This document shows positions 50,304-63,411 of a DNA stretch of 64,000 nucleotides, in pieces. Both the position numbers and the translations under genes were made by a program. Position 1 is the stretch's first letter. Every line of letters begins with the position of its first letter. Source of the stretch: Alphaproteobacteria bacterium (lineage in GTDB: Bacteria; Pseudomonadota; Alphaproteobacteria; GCA-2746255); the NCBI GenBank assembly GCA_965249135.1, contig OZ252220.1, positions 1,184,001-1,248,000 on the forward strand, read 5' to 3'. A model generated the notes under the pieces. That model saw only the letters and a list, made by a program, of their open reading frames with translations. It was not told the origin of the DNA and did not search any database.

Positions 50304-51293
50304 TTACATGAAGAGCGGCTCGTCCTCCAGGCCTTTGTACAGGTCGGCGACGAATTCGCCGTAGCCGTTGTAAGGCTGGGTCGGGGTTACGTCCAACGTT
50401 CCCAGCACGCGCTCCTGGGCCTGGGACCAGCGCGGATGCGGCACTTCCGGATTGACGTTCGCCCAGAACCCGTATTCGCGAGGCGCCACCTTTTCCCAAA
50501 ACGTGCCTACGCGTTCGGCTGCGAAGGTGAAGCGAACGATCGACTTGATGGATTTGAAGCCGTACTTCCAGGGAACCGCGAGCCGCAAAGGCGCGCCGTT
50601 CTGCGGCAGCACCGGTTTTCCGTAAGCCCCGGTGACGAGGAAGCTAAGCTCGTTGCGCGCCTCTTCCATGGTCAGCGCCTCGACATAGGGCCAGGGATAC
50701 CAGTGCTGCTTCTGACCGGCGGCAATTTCCGGATCGAGGAAGGTTTCCATAAGCACGTATTTCGCCTTCGCCGAGGGACGCGCGAAATCGATCAACGCGC
50801 GCATCGCAAAACCGCTCCACGGGACGACCATCGACCAGGCCTCGACGCAGCGGTGCCGGTAGACGCGTTCTTCCAGCGGCATCCTTTCTAAGAGATCGTC
50901 GATGCCGATCCGAATCGGCTTTTCGACGAGCCCATCGAGGACGACCGTCCAGGGGCGTGTTTTGAGCGCCTGGGCCGCCGCGTGGATGTTTTTGTGGGAG
51001 CCGAATTCGTAGAAATTGTTGTAGGCGGTGACGAATTTCTCAGCCGTCAGCGCGCGGGTGTGCGTGTAGCGGGGGTTGCGCTCGAAGGGATAGAGATGGG
51101 CGCTTGGATCCGGCTTCGGCATCGCCAGGCCGGCCAGGGCGAGCCTGTTCAAGGGCGCAAGCAGCGGCGAGGCGGCGGCCAGGATCGAGCCGGCGGCAAG
51201 GTTGCGCATCAATGCGCGCCGGGTGCGGAAGATGGACTCCGGGGTTGCCTCCCGGTCGGGCAGTTCCCAGCCACGTTTTACGTGCAGGTTCAT
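50304..51293 (-). CDS. msrP: Methionine sulfoxide reductase catalytic subunit MsrP (YedY)
   Basis: Tat RR motif, YNNFYEFG, RHRCVEAWS, NGAPLRL, PWKYGFKSIK, EYGFWANVNP. Confidence 0.95.
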   Translation of the reverse strand: MNLHVKRGWELPDREATPESIFRTRRALMRNLAAGSILAAASPLLAPLNRLALAGLAMPKPDPSAHLYPFERNPRYTHTRALTAEKFVTAYNNFYEFGSHKNIHAAAQALKTRPWTVVLDGLVEKPIRIGIDDLLERMPLEERVYRHRCVEAWSMVVPWSGFAMRALIDFARPSAKAKYVLMETFLDPEIAAGQKQHWYPWPYVEALTMEEARNELSFLVTGAYGKPVLPQNGAPLRLAVPWKYGFKSIKSIVRFTFAAERVGTFWEKVAPREYGFWANVNPEVPHPRWSQAQERVLGTLDVTPTQPYNGYGEFVADLYKGLEDEPLFM

Positions 51294-51374
51294 CCTTCTA
51301 TTCTTCGCCTCCTGCCAAGAGACTTAAGGGCGTGGCCGCGGCGTCTCAACTCAACTTCCCGTGAGAGGTTCACT

Positions 51375-52580
<1,206 letters not shown>

Positions 52581-52645
52581 TCACTTATCTCCTGTTCAAC
52601 TGCCGGCTCTTTGAAGGTAACCGGGCCGAGGGTAAGGGGCCAAGG

Positions 52646-53452
52646 TTAACGCCCTTTGAAGGGACCGGGTTTGCGCTTCTCGAGAAAGGCGGTGACCGCC
52701 TCGCGATGGTCTTCCGTTTTGTGGCAAATGGATTGCAGAACGGACGCGGCATCGAGCATCTCATCGAGGCCGGCCGAGTGAGACTGGCGCATCAGGATTT
52801 TCAGGAAGCGGACCGCCACCTGGGGCCGCGAGGCGATGTGGCGCGCCAGCTCAAAAGCCCGCGGCAGGAGTTCATCCGGCTCCAAGCATTCCAGGACAAG
52901 GCCGATTTCCTGGGCCTCCCTGCCGCCTACCGTGCGCCCCGTCAGCATAAGCTCGGCTGCCCGCTGGACGCCTACGATGCGCGGCAGCACCCAGGCGCCG
53001 CCATCGCCCGGTATGAGGCCGAGATTGACGAAGGCCGCCGAAAACTGCGCCTCCGTCGAGGCCAGGGTGAGATCGCAGAAAAGGGCAAAGTCGCAACCGG
53101 CACCGATGGCCGGCCCCTGCACGGCGGCGATCGTCGGCACGTTCAACAAGTAAAGCGCCTTCGGCAGCCGTTGAATGCCATGGACGTATTTCTTCTGGAT
53201 CTCCGGCGACGTGCCGCCATAGGGGCCTTGGGGGTCGAGAATCTCATGCAGATTGCCGCCGGCGGAGAACGCCTTGCCTTCGGCGGAAATCACCAGCACG
53301 CGGGCTTGCGTGCCGGTTTCCACGCGGTCCAGCACGTCGAGGATCTCTTCGACGAGGCCGCCGACGGCAAGCGCGTTTCGGGTGTCGTCGCGGGCCAGCA
53401 CCAGATGGCCAACGCCGTCTTGAGCGGAAAATTTCACATGCTCGTAAGCCAT
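52646..53452 (-). CDS. Enoyl-CoA hydratase/isomerase family protein
   Basis: AFSAGGNL, AIGAG, GLIPGDGG. Confidence 0.92.
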   Translation of the reverse strand: MAYEHVKFSAQDGVGHLVLARDDTRNALAVGGLVEEILDVLDRVETGTQARVLVISAEGKAFSAGGNLHEILDPQGPYGGTSPEIQKKYVHGIQRLPKALYLLNVPTIAAVQGPAIGAGCDFALFCDLTLASTEAQFSAAFVNLGLIPGDGGAWVLPRIVGVQRAAELMLTGRTVGGREAQEIGLVLECLEPDELLPRAFELARHIASRPQVAVRFLKILMRQSHSAGLDEMLDAASVLQSICHKTEDHREAVTAFLEKRKPGPFKGR

Positions 53453-53584
53453 GGCCGATAGCGCCCCGGAAAAGGGCCCGGAAAAGGATAGTGAAGGACG
53501 GCGCCAGTTTAGCGGGCCTTTCCCGCCCTTACCACCGGCCGCGCCGGGGTGGCCAGGGACGCCGGGTAGCGCCTAAAGTGGCCC

Positions 53585-55722
<2,138 letters not shown>

Positions 55723-55726
<4 letters not shown>

Positions 55727-57465
55727 GGCGCGGGCGTTTCCTTACGTTTTCCCCGCGCGCTAGCGAGCGGCTGGATCTTATCTGCGAAGGAGGCGTAGTT
55801 GTCGCGCCGCGCGTCTTCCATCAGCGTGTGAATATTCTCTTCCGAGGTGCCGACGGAGCGCAGCACGGTGCCGGCCAGCTGCAGGCTCGCCTCCAGCGTC
55901 TCCGACACGGCGGCCGTCGCGCCGGCCGCTTCGAGGGCGCGGCCATGGTTGTAGTCATGGGCCCGCACGATGATCCGAAGATCCGGGAAGTTTCGCCGAA
56001 GGAAGGCCAGCGTGCGTTCCGTCGCCTGCGTGCCGTTGATCGCAATCAGCGCCGCCAAGGCGCGCGACGCGCCGGCAGCTTGGAGGACGTCCAGACGGCT
56101 TGCATCCCCGAAATAGACCGGCAATTTCTGCGCCCGCCAGAGCGCCACGTTGTGCGCATCCATATCGACGGCGACGTAGGGGACACCCTGTTCCGTCAAG
56201 AGCCGGGCGACGGTCTGCCCCTGGCGGCCGAAACCGGCGATGATGACATGGCCACGCAGGCGTTCCGTCTCTTCCGCGATCTCCTCGATCTCGGGCTCCG
56301 GCGCCGCGACCATCGCCTTCGAAAGCCGGGCGCCGAGAAAGGCGAGCAGGGGCGTGAGCGCCATGGTCAGCGCGACGGCCGCCAGCAGGAGCTGGGCCGT
56401 CGCCTCCGGCAGCACGCCGAGCTGCATGCCGACACCGAACAGGATGAAGGAAAATTCCCCACCCTGGGCCAGCAACAGGCCGATGCGAAGGCTCCGGAAC
56501 CACGGATAGCCAAACCCACGGCAAAGCACGGTGATGAGGGACGCCTTGACCAACAGAATCACAGCCACCAGCATACCGACGATGGCGACGTTTTCGAGAA
56601 TGAACGGCAGGTCGATCAGCATGCCGACGGTCATGAAGAAGAGACCGAGGAAGATGGCGCGAAGGGGCTGGATATCGGCGGCGACGTGGTGGCGGTATTC
56701 CGTCTCGGCCAGCATCATGCCGGCAAGAAGGGCGCCGAGCGCCATGGAGATGCCGATCTGCTCCGTCGCCCAGCCGATGCCGAGCACGATCAGGAGCGTC
56801 ATGGCGGACAGGATCTCGGGGTTCGCCGTCGAGGCGATCGCCCGATAGACGGGGCGCAGCAGCAGGCGGCCGATGATAAAAATCGCAGCCAGCGCGAAGA
56901 CCGCCTTCGCCGCGGTGAGCCCCAAGATCATCGGGATGGACGCCGCCTCCTTCCCCAGCATGCCGACGAGGAGCAGGAGCGGCCCCACCGCCAGATCCTG
57001 GAACAGCAGAACGCCAAGGGAGGTGCGCCCGACCCGGTTCGCAAGCTCGCCCCGTTCGACCAGGATCTGCAGGACGAGCGCCGTCGACGAAAGTGCGAGC
57101 CCCGCCCCGATCAGGACCGCCACCGGCGTCGTTTCCCCCCACCAGACCGCGAGTGCGCCGAAGGCCACGGCGCAGACGACGACCTGGGTCGAGCCAAGCC
57201 CAAACACGAGGCGCGCCATGACGCGCAGCCGTTCGACGGAAAGCTCGAGCCCGATCATGAAGAGAAGGAAGACGACGCCGAACTTGGCCAGCGTCTCGAT
57301 TCCTTCGACATCGGCCAGCACGGCAAGGCCGTAGGGCCCGATCAGGGCGCCGGCGGCCAAATAGCCAAGGATGGGGGAGAGGCGCAGGCGTTGGGTGACA
57401 GGGACGATGAGGACGGCGGCAACGAGCAGGAAGAGAATGTCGAGAAGAAAATTCGATTCTGGCAT
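55723..57465 (-). CDS. CPA2/Kef-type K+/H+ antiporter with TrkA-N domain
   Basis: [34 protein letters not shown]. Confidence 0.92.
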
Positions 57466-57585
57466 CCTCAGCAGCCCCCTGCCCTGCCCATGCAGGACCT
57501 TCGCTTTTAAATGTAGCGAGCGTGGCCGGGAAGTCCAAGGGACCCTTCGCACACGCCCCAACGCGTAAGCCAAAGGCCCTTTGCT

Positions 57586-57620
57586 TTTGCCCGCGCCTTT
57601 GCCCGCGCCTTTGCCCGCGC
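57586..57620 (+). repeat. 3 x 12-bp intergenic tandem repeat TTTGCCCGCGCC
   Basis: Read directly, between the divergent antiporter genes. Confidence 0.9.
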
Positions 57621-57674
57621 TTGGGCGCGTGCTAAAGAGGGGCGGTTCTGCCGCCACGAAAATGGCGAGAATTC

Positions 57675-58679
57675 ATGATCTGGCTTGAAACGGCGCTCGG
57701 TTTCGTCCTTCTTTTCGCAGGCGGCGAGTTCCTGGTGCGAAGCGCCGTCGCCTTTGCCCGCCATTTTCGGGTTACGCCTGCGCTGATCGGGCTTACCGTC
57801 GTGGCCTTCGGCACGTCGCTTCCGGAAGTCTTCGTGAGCCTGAAGGCGGCGCTGATCGGCGCGCCTGCCATTGCCATCGGCAACGTGGTGGGAAGCAACG
57901 TTGCGAATGTGCTGCTGGTGGCCGGGTTGGGCGGTGTGCTGGCCACGATCACCTTCCAGCGCGGGTTGCTAAAACGGGACGGCATCGCCGTCATCGTCGC
58001 CACGCTGGTCTTCCTCGTCGTCGCCTCGACGGGGCGGATTGCGCCGCTGGTGGCGGGCGTGTTTTTGCTGAGCCTCGCGGCCTACGTCGTCTCCAACTAT
58101 CGCAGGGAACGAAGGGACAAGCGGATCGCCGATCTGCATGCGCGCGAGGCGGCCGGGTTTCCGGATAAGCGCCCGCTTTGGCAGAACCTCTTGATGCTTG
58201 CCTTCGGTTTCGGCGGCGTCCTTCTCGGCGCCGAACTCCTGATCGGGGGGGCCGTCGAGATCGCGCGGGTGGCCGGTATCTCGGAGGCGGTGATTGGCCT
58301 CACCCTGGTCGCGATCGGCACCTCGCTGCCGGAGGTGGCCACCTCCGTCGTCGCCGCCTGGCGCGGCCACGGGGACGTGGCGATGGCCAATATTTTAGGA
58401 AGCTGCCTGTTCAATCTGCTCGGCATTCTCGGCGTGGTGGGTCTCGTGGCACCGCTGCCGGTGCCGGACGAAATCGTCCATTTCGACAACTGGATCCTGC
58501 TTGGCGTCACCCTTTCCTTCGTCTGGCTGACGGCGCGCGGCACGCGCCTGCCCAGATCGCTGGGCGGGCTTTTCCTGCTTGCCTATGGCGTCTACCTCGC
58601 CTCGCAGTTCATCGGGTTTTCCGGCGGGTTTTCCGGCGGGCTTCCCGGCGGGCTTTCCGGCATGCAGGGCGCCGGCTAG
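57675..58679 (+). CDS. Ca2+/Na+ antiporter (YrbG family)
   Basis: Two GTSLPE alpha repeats, GSNVAN; C-terminal 4 x 12-bp repeat at 58614-58661. Confidence 0.93.
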   Translation: MIWLETALGFVLLFAGGEFLVRSAVAFARHFRVTPALIGLTVVAFGTSLPEVFVSLKAALIGAPAIAIGNVVGSNVANVLLVAGLGGVLATITFQRGLLKRDGIAVIVATLVFLVVASTGRIAPLVAGVFLLSLAAYVVSNYRRERRDKRIADLHAREAAGFPDKRPLWQNLLMLAFGFGGVLLGAELLIGGAVEIARVAGISEAVIGLTLVAIGTSLPEVATSVVAAWRGHGDVAMANILGSCLFNLLGILGVVGLVAPLPVPDEIVHFDNWILLGVTLSFVWLTARGTRLPRSLGGLFLLAYGVYLASQFIGFSGGFSGGLPGGLSGMQGAG

Positions 58680-58722
58680 GGGCTGGCTTGCCTAACCGTC
58701 TTTGCTCGCGCATCCTCAAGCG

Positions 58723-59493
58723 ATGACGGATTCGACTCACAGGACCGCGCTGGTCACCGGGGCCGCCCAACGGATCGGCCGGGCGATCGCGCTGGATCTG
58801 GCCCGCCACGGCTGGCGGATCGGCGTCCACTACTACCAATCCCCCGACGCCGCGCACGACTTGGCCGAGGCGATTGCGCAAGCCGGCGGGGACGCCGTCC
58901 TTTTGGAGGCGGACCTCGCCAAGGAGTCGGAAACGGCCGGCCTCGTGGCGAAGGCGACCGAGACGCTGGGTCCGCTCGGCCTGCTCGTCAACAACGCCTC
59001 GCTCTTCGAGCTCGACACGATGGAGAGCGCGACGCGTCAATCCTGGGACGATCATCTGGAGGTCAATCTGCGCGCGCCCTTCGTCCTTTCCCAGGCCTTC
59101 GCGAAAAGCCTGCCAGCGGACGCGCGTGGCAACATCGTCAATCTGCTCGACCAGCGGGTATGGAACCTGACCCCGCACTTTATTTCCTACACGCTCAGCA
59201 AGGCCGGGCTTTGGACCTTGACGCAGACGATGGCGTTGGCCCTTGCCCCGCGCATCCGGGTGAATGCCATCGGCCCCGGACCGACGCTGCCCTCGCCACG
59301 GCAAAGCGAGGGGCAGTTCTCCAGGCAGGCCGCACGGATGCCGCTTGGCCGCGGCACGACGCCGGAAGAGATTTGTGACGCTCTTCGTTTTCTGCTTGCC
59401 GCACCGGCCGTGACCGGGCAAATGATTGCACTCGATGGCGGGCAACATCTCGGTTGGGCAGCGACGGCCACCGACGGCTCATCGCCGGAATAA
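58723..59493 (+). CDS. SDR oxidoreductase (pteridine reductase/FolM-like)
   Basis: TGAAQRIG, NNAS, YTLSK; directly upstream of folB. Confidence 0.88.
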   Translation: MTDSTHRTALVTGAAQRIGRAIALDLARHGWRIGVHYYQSPDAAHDLAEAIAQAGGDAVLLEADLAKESETAGLVAKATETLGPLGLLVNNASLFELDTMESATRQSWDDHLEVNLRAPFVLSQAFAKSLPADARGNIVNLLDQRVWNLTPHFISYTLSKAGLWTLTQTMALALAPRIRVNAIGPGPTLPSPRQSEGQFSRQAARMPLGRGTTPEEICDALRFLLAAPAVTGQMIALDGGQHLGWAATATDGSSPE

Positions 59494-59508
59494 GGAACAG
59501 CGCGTAAG

Positions 59509-59943
59509 ATGGCACAACTCACCCTCGTCCACCCAAAGCTTAAGGCCGAACCGGCAAAGCCGCTTCGCCATGTGTTTGTTCGCGACTTCGTGCTTGCTTG
59601 CCGGATCGGCGTCCATCGTCACGAGCACGGGCGTGAGCAGCGCGTCCGCATCAACGTCGACCTTGCCGTCCAGGAGAACGGCGCAGGCCTCGAGGACCGG
59701 CTCGAGCACGCCGTCTGCTACGAGAAGATCGTCGCAGGAATCCGGACGATTGCGGCGGCCGGCCACCTCAACCTGGTGGAGACCTTCGCCGAGCGGATCG
59801 CCGGCCTTAGCCTCGAGGACCCACGGGTCGAGGAGGCCCGCGTCCGGGTCGAGAAGCTGGACGCCTTCCCGGACGTGGCCGGCGTCGGCGTCGAAATCCT
59901 GCGCGCTCGGGCGACCTCAAGGGTTCGTCAATCCAACAATTAA
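59509..59943 (+). CDS. folB: Dihydroneopterin aldolase
   Basis: IGVHRHE..QRVRINVDL, VCYE, LVETFAERIA, VRVEK, VGVEI. Confidence 0.9.
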   Translation: MAQLTLVHPKLKAEPAKPLRHVFVRDFVLACRIGVHRHEHGREQRVRINVDLAVQENGAGLEDRLEHAVCYEKIVAGIRTIAAAGHLNLVETFAERIAGLSLEDPRVEEARVRVEKLDAFPDVAGVGVEILRARATSRVRQSNN

Positions 59944-60037
59944 ACCAACGCGTTACTGTGGCAAGCTGAGGCCGGAGTTGTACACAGGGGCGCGGCAGAC
60001 GGGCGATCGGGCGCAAATGTGCAGCCGTCACAGACGC

Positions 60038-60053
60038 TTAATGGAATGTTAAC
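60038..60053 (+). promoter_or_regulatory. CtrA box TTAA-TGGAATG-TTAAC
   Basis: Exact TTAA-N7-TTAAC consensus at the edge of an AT-rich tract. Confidence 0.7.
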
Positions 60054-60154
60054 CATTTTTCTATTTAAAATAAGTTAGTTAACGTGACGTCCCCGCGGCA
60101 GGATCGGTGGCTGCCCGCGACCGCGACGGCGGAGCGGCCAGGTTTTCGGGCGTG

Positions 60155-60189
60155 TCATCCTCAAGCTTATCCACAGCTTTGGTGGATAA
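60155..60189. promoter_or_regulatory. DnaA box cluster
   Basis: TTATCCACA 60167-60175 (perfect), inverted TTATCCACC 60181-60189, TCATCCTCA 60155-60163. Confidence 0.68.
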
Positions 60190-60241
60190 TTCCCCATTCC
60201 CATATCTTATACTTCTTCTAAGAAAACCCGGATCACTTCGT

Positions 60242-62158
60242 ATGGAAAAGAAACCACCCCTAGAGAAGGACGGCGAGGCCGCCTACGAGGAAGGCGCGCA
60301 GGCCGTGGCGGCGGGGCCTCAAGTGATCGCGGGCGCCCTTGCCAGCCTGCCCGAGACGCCCGGCGTTTATCGGATGGTCGGGCGGAGCGGCAACGTCCTT
60401 TATGTCGGCAAGGCGAAGAGCCTGCAGAAGCGCGTCGCCAGCTACCGGAATCTCGCGCGGCTTAGCACGCGGGTCGCCCGGATGGTGGCGGAAACGGCTT
60501 CGATGGAATTCATCACGACCCATACGGAGGCCGAGGCGCTGCTGCTCGAGGCGAATCTGATCAAGAAGTTGAAGCCCCACTACAACATCTTGCTTCGGGA
60601 CGACAAATCCTTTCCCTACATTCTTATTACCGGCGATCACGCCTGGCCGCAGATCATGAAGTACCGGGGCACCCGCAACCGGGAAGGCGAATATTTCGGC
60701 CCCTTCGCCTCGGCCGGCGCGGTGAACAAGACGCTGGCTGCGCTCGAGCGTGCCTTCCCGCTTCGCTCGTGCTCGGACAACATCTTCTCGAGCCGCACGC
60801 GCCCCTGCCTGCAGTATCAAATCAAGCGGTGTTCGGGCCCTTGCGTCGGGCGCATCAACCGCGAGGATTACGAGGCGATCGTCCAGGAAACCCGCGACTT
60901 TCTCGCAGGCCGCTCGCGCAAGGTCCAGGAAAGCCTGGACGAAAAGATGCGCAATGCCAGCGAGGGCCTCAAATATGAGAAGGCTGCCGTCTACCGCGAT
61001 CGCATCCAGGCCATGACCCAGATCCAGGCCCGTCAGGACATCGCCGTCGCGGGCCTGGACGAGGCCGACGTCATCGCCATCCATCAGGCGGGCAATGCGA
61101 GCTCTATTCAGGTCTTCTTCTTTCGTGCCGGGCAGAATTTGGGCAACCGTTCCTATTTTCCGTCCCAGGCGAAGGACGCGGACGCGAGCCAAGTGCTGGC
61201 CGCCTTCCTCGGTCAGTTCTACGACAACAAACCGCCACCCAAGCGCCTTCTCCTGTCCCACCGGATCGCGAACATGCCGCTGATGGCCGAAGCACTTTCG
61301 CTGAAGGCGGGCCACAAGGTCACGCTCTCAAGGCCCGAGCGGGGCGCGAAGCGCAAGCTGCTGGACCAGGCGCTGGTCAACGCGCGGGAGGCGCTCGGCC
61401 GCCGGCTTTCGGAAAGTGCGAGCATGCGCAAGTTGCTGGAAGGGGTCGCCGGGATCTTCGGTCTCGAAGCGACGCCGGAACGGATCGAGGTTTACGACAA
61501 CAGCCACATCTCCGGCACGAACGCGGTCGGCGCCATGATCGTGGCCGGAGCGGGCGGGTTCGTGAAGAACGCCTACCGAAAATTCACCATCCGCACGACG
61601 GCCTCCGGCGAGATCGCGCCGGGCGACGATTACGGGATGATGCGGGAGGTCTTAAACCGGCGCTTCGCCCGGGCGCTTAAGGAAGACCCCGAACGGGCAA
61701 GCCCGAGCTGGCCGGACCTGTTGTTGATCGACGGCGGGGCCGGGCATCTGAACGCCGCGCTGGAGACGCTGGCGGATCTGGGCCTGAGCGACCTTCCCGT
61801 CGTCGCCATCGCCAAGGGGGCGAGGCGGAACGCCGGAGCTGAGCGTTTCTTCCAGGCAACCAAGGCCCCCCTTACCCTTGAGCCGCGCGATCCCGTTCTT
61901 TACTTCCTCGAACGCTTACGGGACGAGGCGCACCGCTTTGCGATCGGTGCGCACCGTTCGAAACGCGCAAAATCGATCGGTCAATCCACGCTGGATGCGG
62001 TTCCAGGCGTCGGCGGCAAGCGCAAGCGAGCGCTTTTGCATCACTTTGGATCCGCCCGCAGCGTCGCCGGCGCGGGTCTTGAGGATTTGGAGAAAGTCGA
62101 AGGGATCAGCCGAACGGTCGCGAAAAAAATCTATGATCATTTCCATGGTGGCGGCTAG
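60242..62158 (+). CDS. uvrC: Excinuclease ABC subunit C
   Basis: GIY-YIG (PGVYRM..YVGKAK), Cys cluster, IEVYDNSH, LIDGG, RDEAHRFA, HhH. Confidence 0.97.
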   Translation: MEKKPPLEKDGEAAYEEGAQAVAAGPQVIAGALASLPETPGVYRMVGRSGNVLYVGKAKSLQKRVASYRNLARLSTRVARMVAETASMEFITTHTEAEALLLEANLIKKLKPHYNILLRDDKSFPYILITGDHAWPQIMKYRGTRNREGEYFGPFASAGAVNKTLAALERAFPLRSCSDNIFSSRTRPCLQYQIKRCSGPCVGRINREDYEAIVQETRDFLAGRSRKVQESLDEKMRNASEGLKYEKAAVYRDRIQAMTQIQARQDIAVAGLDEADVIAIHQAGNASSIQVFFFRAGQNLGNRSYFPSQAKDADASQVLAAFLGQFYDNKPPPKRLLLSHRIANMPLMAEALSLKAGHKVTLSRPERGAKRKLLDQALVNAREALGRRLSESASMRKLLEGVAGIFGLEATPERIEVYDNSHISGTNAVGAMIVAGAGGFVKNAYRKFTIRTTASGEIAPGDDYGMMREVLNRRFARALKEDPERASPSWPDLLLIDGGAGHLNAALETLADLGLSDLPVVAIAKGARRNAGAERFFQATKAPLTLEPRDPVLYFLERLRDEAHRFAIGAHRSKRAKSIGQSTLDAVPGVGGKRKRALLHHFGSARSVAGAGLEDLEKVEGISRTVAKKIYDHFHGGG

Positions 62159-62216
62159 AATATCTTCGCAAACGAATCGAGCGGCTTAAGCCGCGCGATC
62201 GCCCGGACTTAAAACC

Positions 62217-62849
62217 ATGATCACGAACCTGCCGAATCTGCTGACGATTTCGCGAATCGTCTTTCTTCCCCTGTTCATCGGCGCCTTCTATCTGGAAGGG
62301 GCGATGGCCAACTGGATCACGTTCGCGATCTTCGTGCTTGCAGGGCTCACGGATTTCCTCGACGGCTATTTCGCCCGTGCCTGGAAGCAGCAATCGGACT
62401 TCGGCCGCTTCCTCGACCCGATCGCCGACAAGCTGCTGATCGCAGGCGCAATCGTCATGCTGGTGGCGTTCGACCGCATTCATGGTCTCACCGTGTTGGC
62501 GGCACTCGTCATCCTGTGCCGGGAGATCCTCGTCTCGGGCCTTCGGGAATTCCTGGCCCAAGTCCGGGTAAGCGTGCCCGTCAACCGTCTGGCGAAATGG
62601 AAGACGGCGATCCAGATCGTGGCCATCGGCTGTCTCTTGCTGGGCAATGCCGTGCCGGCGCTGCCGTTCGGCGAATTGGGCGTGGCGGGCATCTGGGCGG
62701 CGGCGGTGCTGACGCTGATCACCGGCTACGATTACTTTCGGTCCGGGCTTCGCCATCTTCTGGAAACGCCGGCGCAAACGGACGCTGGCCCGGAGCAAGC
62801 AAAGAAGGCCGATCCGGCGGCGTCACCGAAACCGACCCCAGAGGTTTGA
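62217..62849 (+). CDS. pgsA: CDP-diacylglycerol--glycerol-3-phosphate 3-phosphatidyltransferase
   Basis: NLPNLLT, TDFLDGYFAR..GRFLDPIADK; uvrC-pgsA synteny. Confidence 0.95.
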   Translation: MITNLPNLLTISRIVFLPLFIGAFYLEGAMANWITFAIFVLAGLTDFLDGYFARAWKQQSDFGRFLDPIADKLLIAGAIVMLVAFDRIHGLTVLAALVILCREILVSGLREFLAQVRVSVPVNRLAKWKTAIQIVAIGCLLLGNAVPALPFGELGVAGIWAAAVLTLITGYDYFRSGLRHLLETPAQTDAGPEQAKKADPAASPKPTPEV

Positions 62850-62895
62850 AGCCCCTTCAGAAATAGACGACTTTGCGGACGCGAGGGAGCAGCAG

Positions 62896-63411
62896 TTGGA
62901 ACGGCGCAGCGAGAACATTTTTGGCATCACCGGCTCAAGCGGCAGCGGCAAGACGACGCTCATCACGAAGCTTTTGCCGGAACTCAAGCGGCGCGGCATT
63001 TCCGTCTCGACGATGAAGCTTTCCCATCACGACATCGACGTGGATGAGCCCGGCAAGGACAGCCACGCCCATAGAATGGCCGGGGCGAAAGAGGTCATGC
63101 TTGCCGCGAAGAACCGCTGGGCGTTGTTTCATGAATATGCGGGCGACGAAGGGGTGGATATCCGAGCGCTGTCCGCACGGATGGCGTCGGTCGATCTCAT
63201 CCTCGTCGAGGGACGGCACAGTTGCCCCCTTGGCAAGCTGGAAGTCCACCGCCCGGAGATGAGCCGCGAACTCTTTTGCAAGAAGGACGCAGAGATCGTC
63301 GCCATCGCAAGCGATCGTTCGATTTCCGGACTCGACATCCCGGTTTTCGATCTCGACGACATCGCCGCCATCGTCGATTTCGTCCTTAAACGCGTGGAGC
63401 TTACCCAATGA
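62896..63411 (+). CDS. mobB: Molybdopterin-guanine dinucleotide biosynthesis protein B
   Basis: GSSGSGKTT, DEPGKDS..HRMAGA, DLILVEG. Confidence 0.92.
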   Translation: MERRSENIFGITGSSGSGKTTLITKLLPELKRRGISVSTMKLSHHDIDVDEPGKDSHAHRMAGAKEVMLAAKNRWALFHEYAGDEGVDIRALSARMASVDLILVEGRHSCPLGKLEVHRPEMSRELFCKKDAEIVAIASDRSISGLDIPVFDLDDIAAIVDFVLKRVELTQ

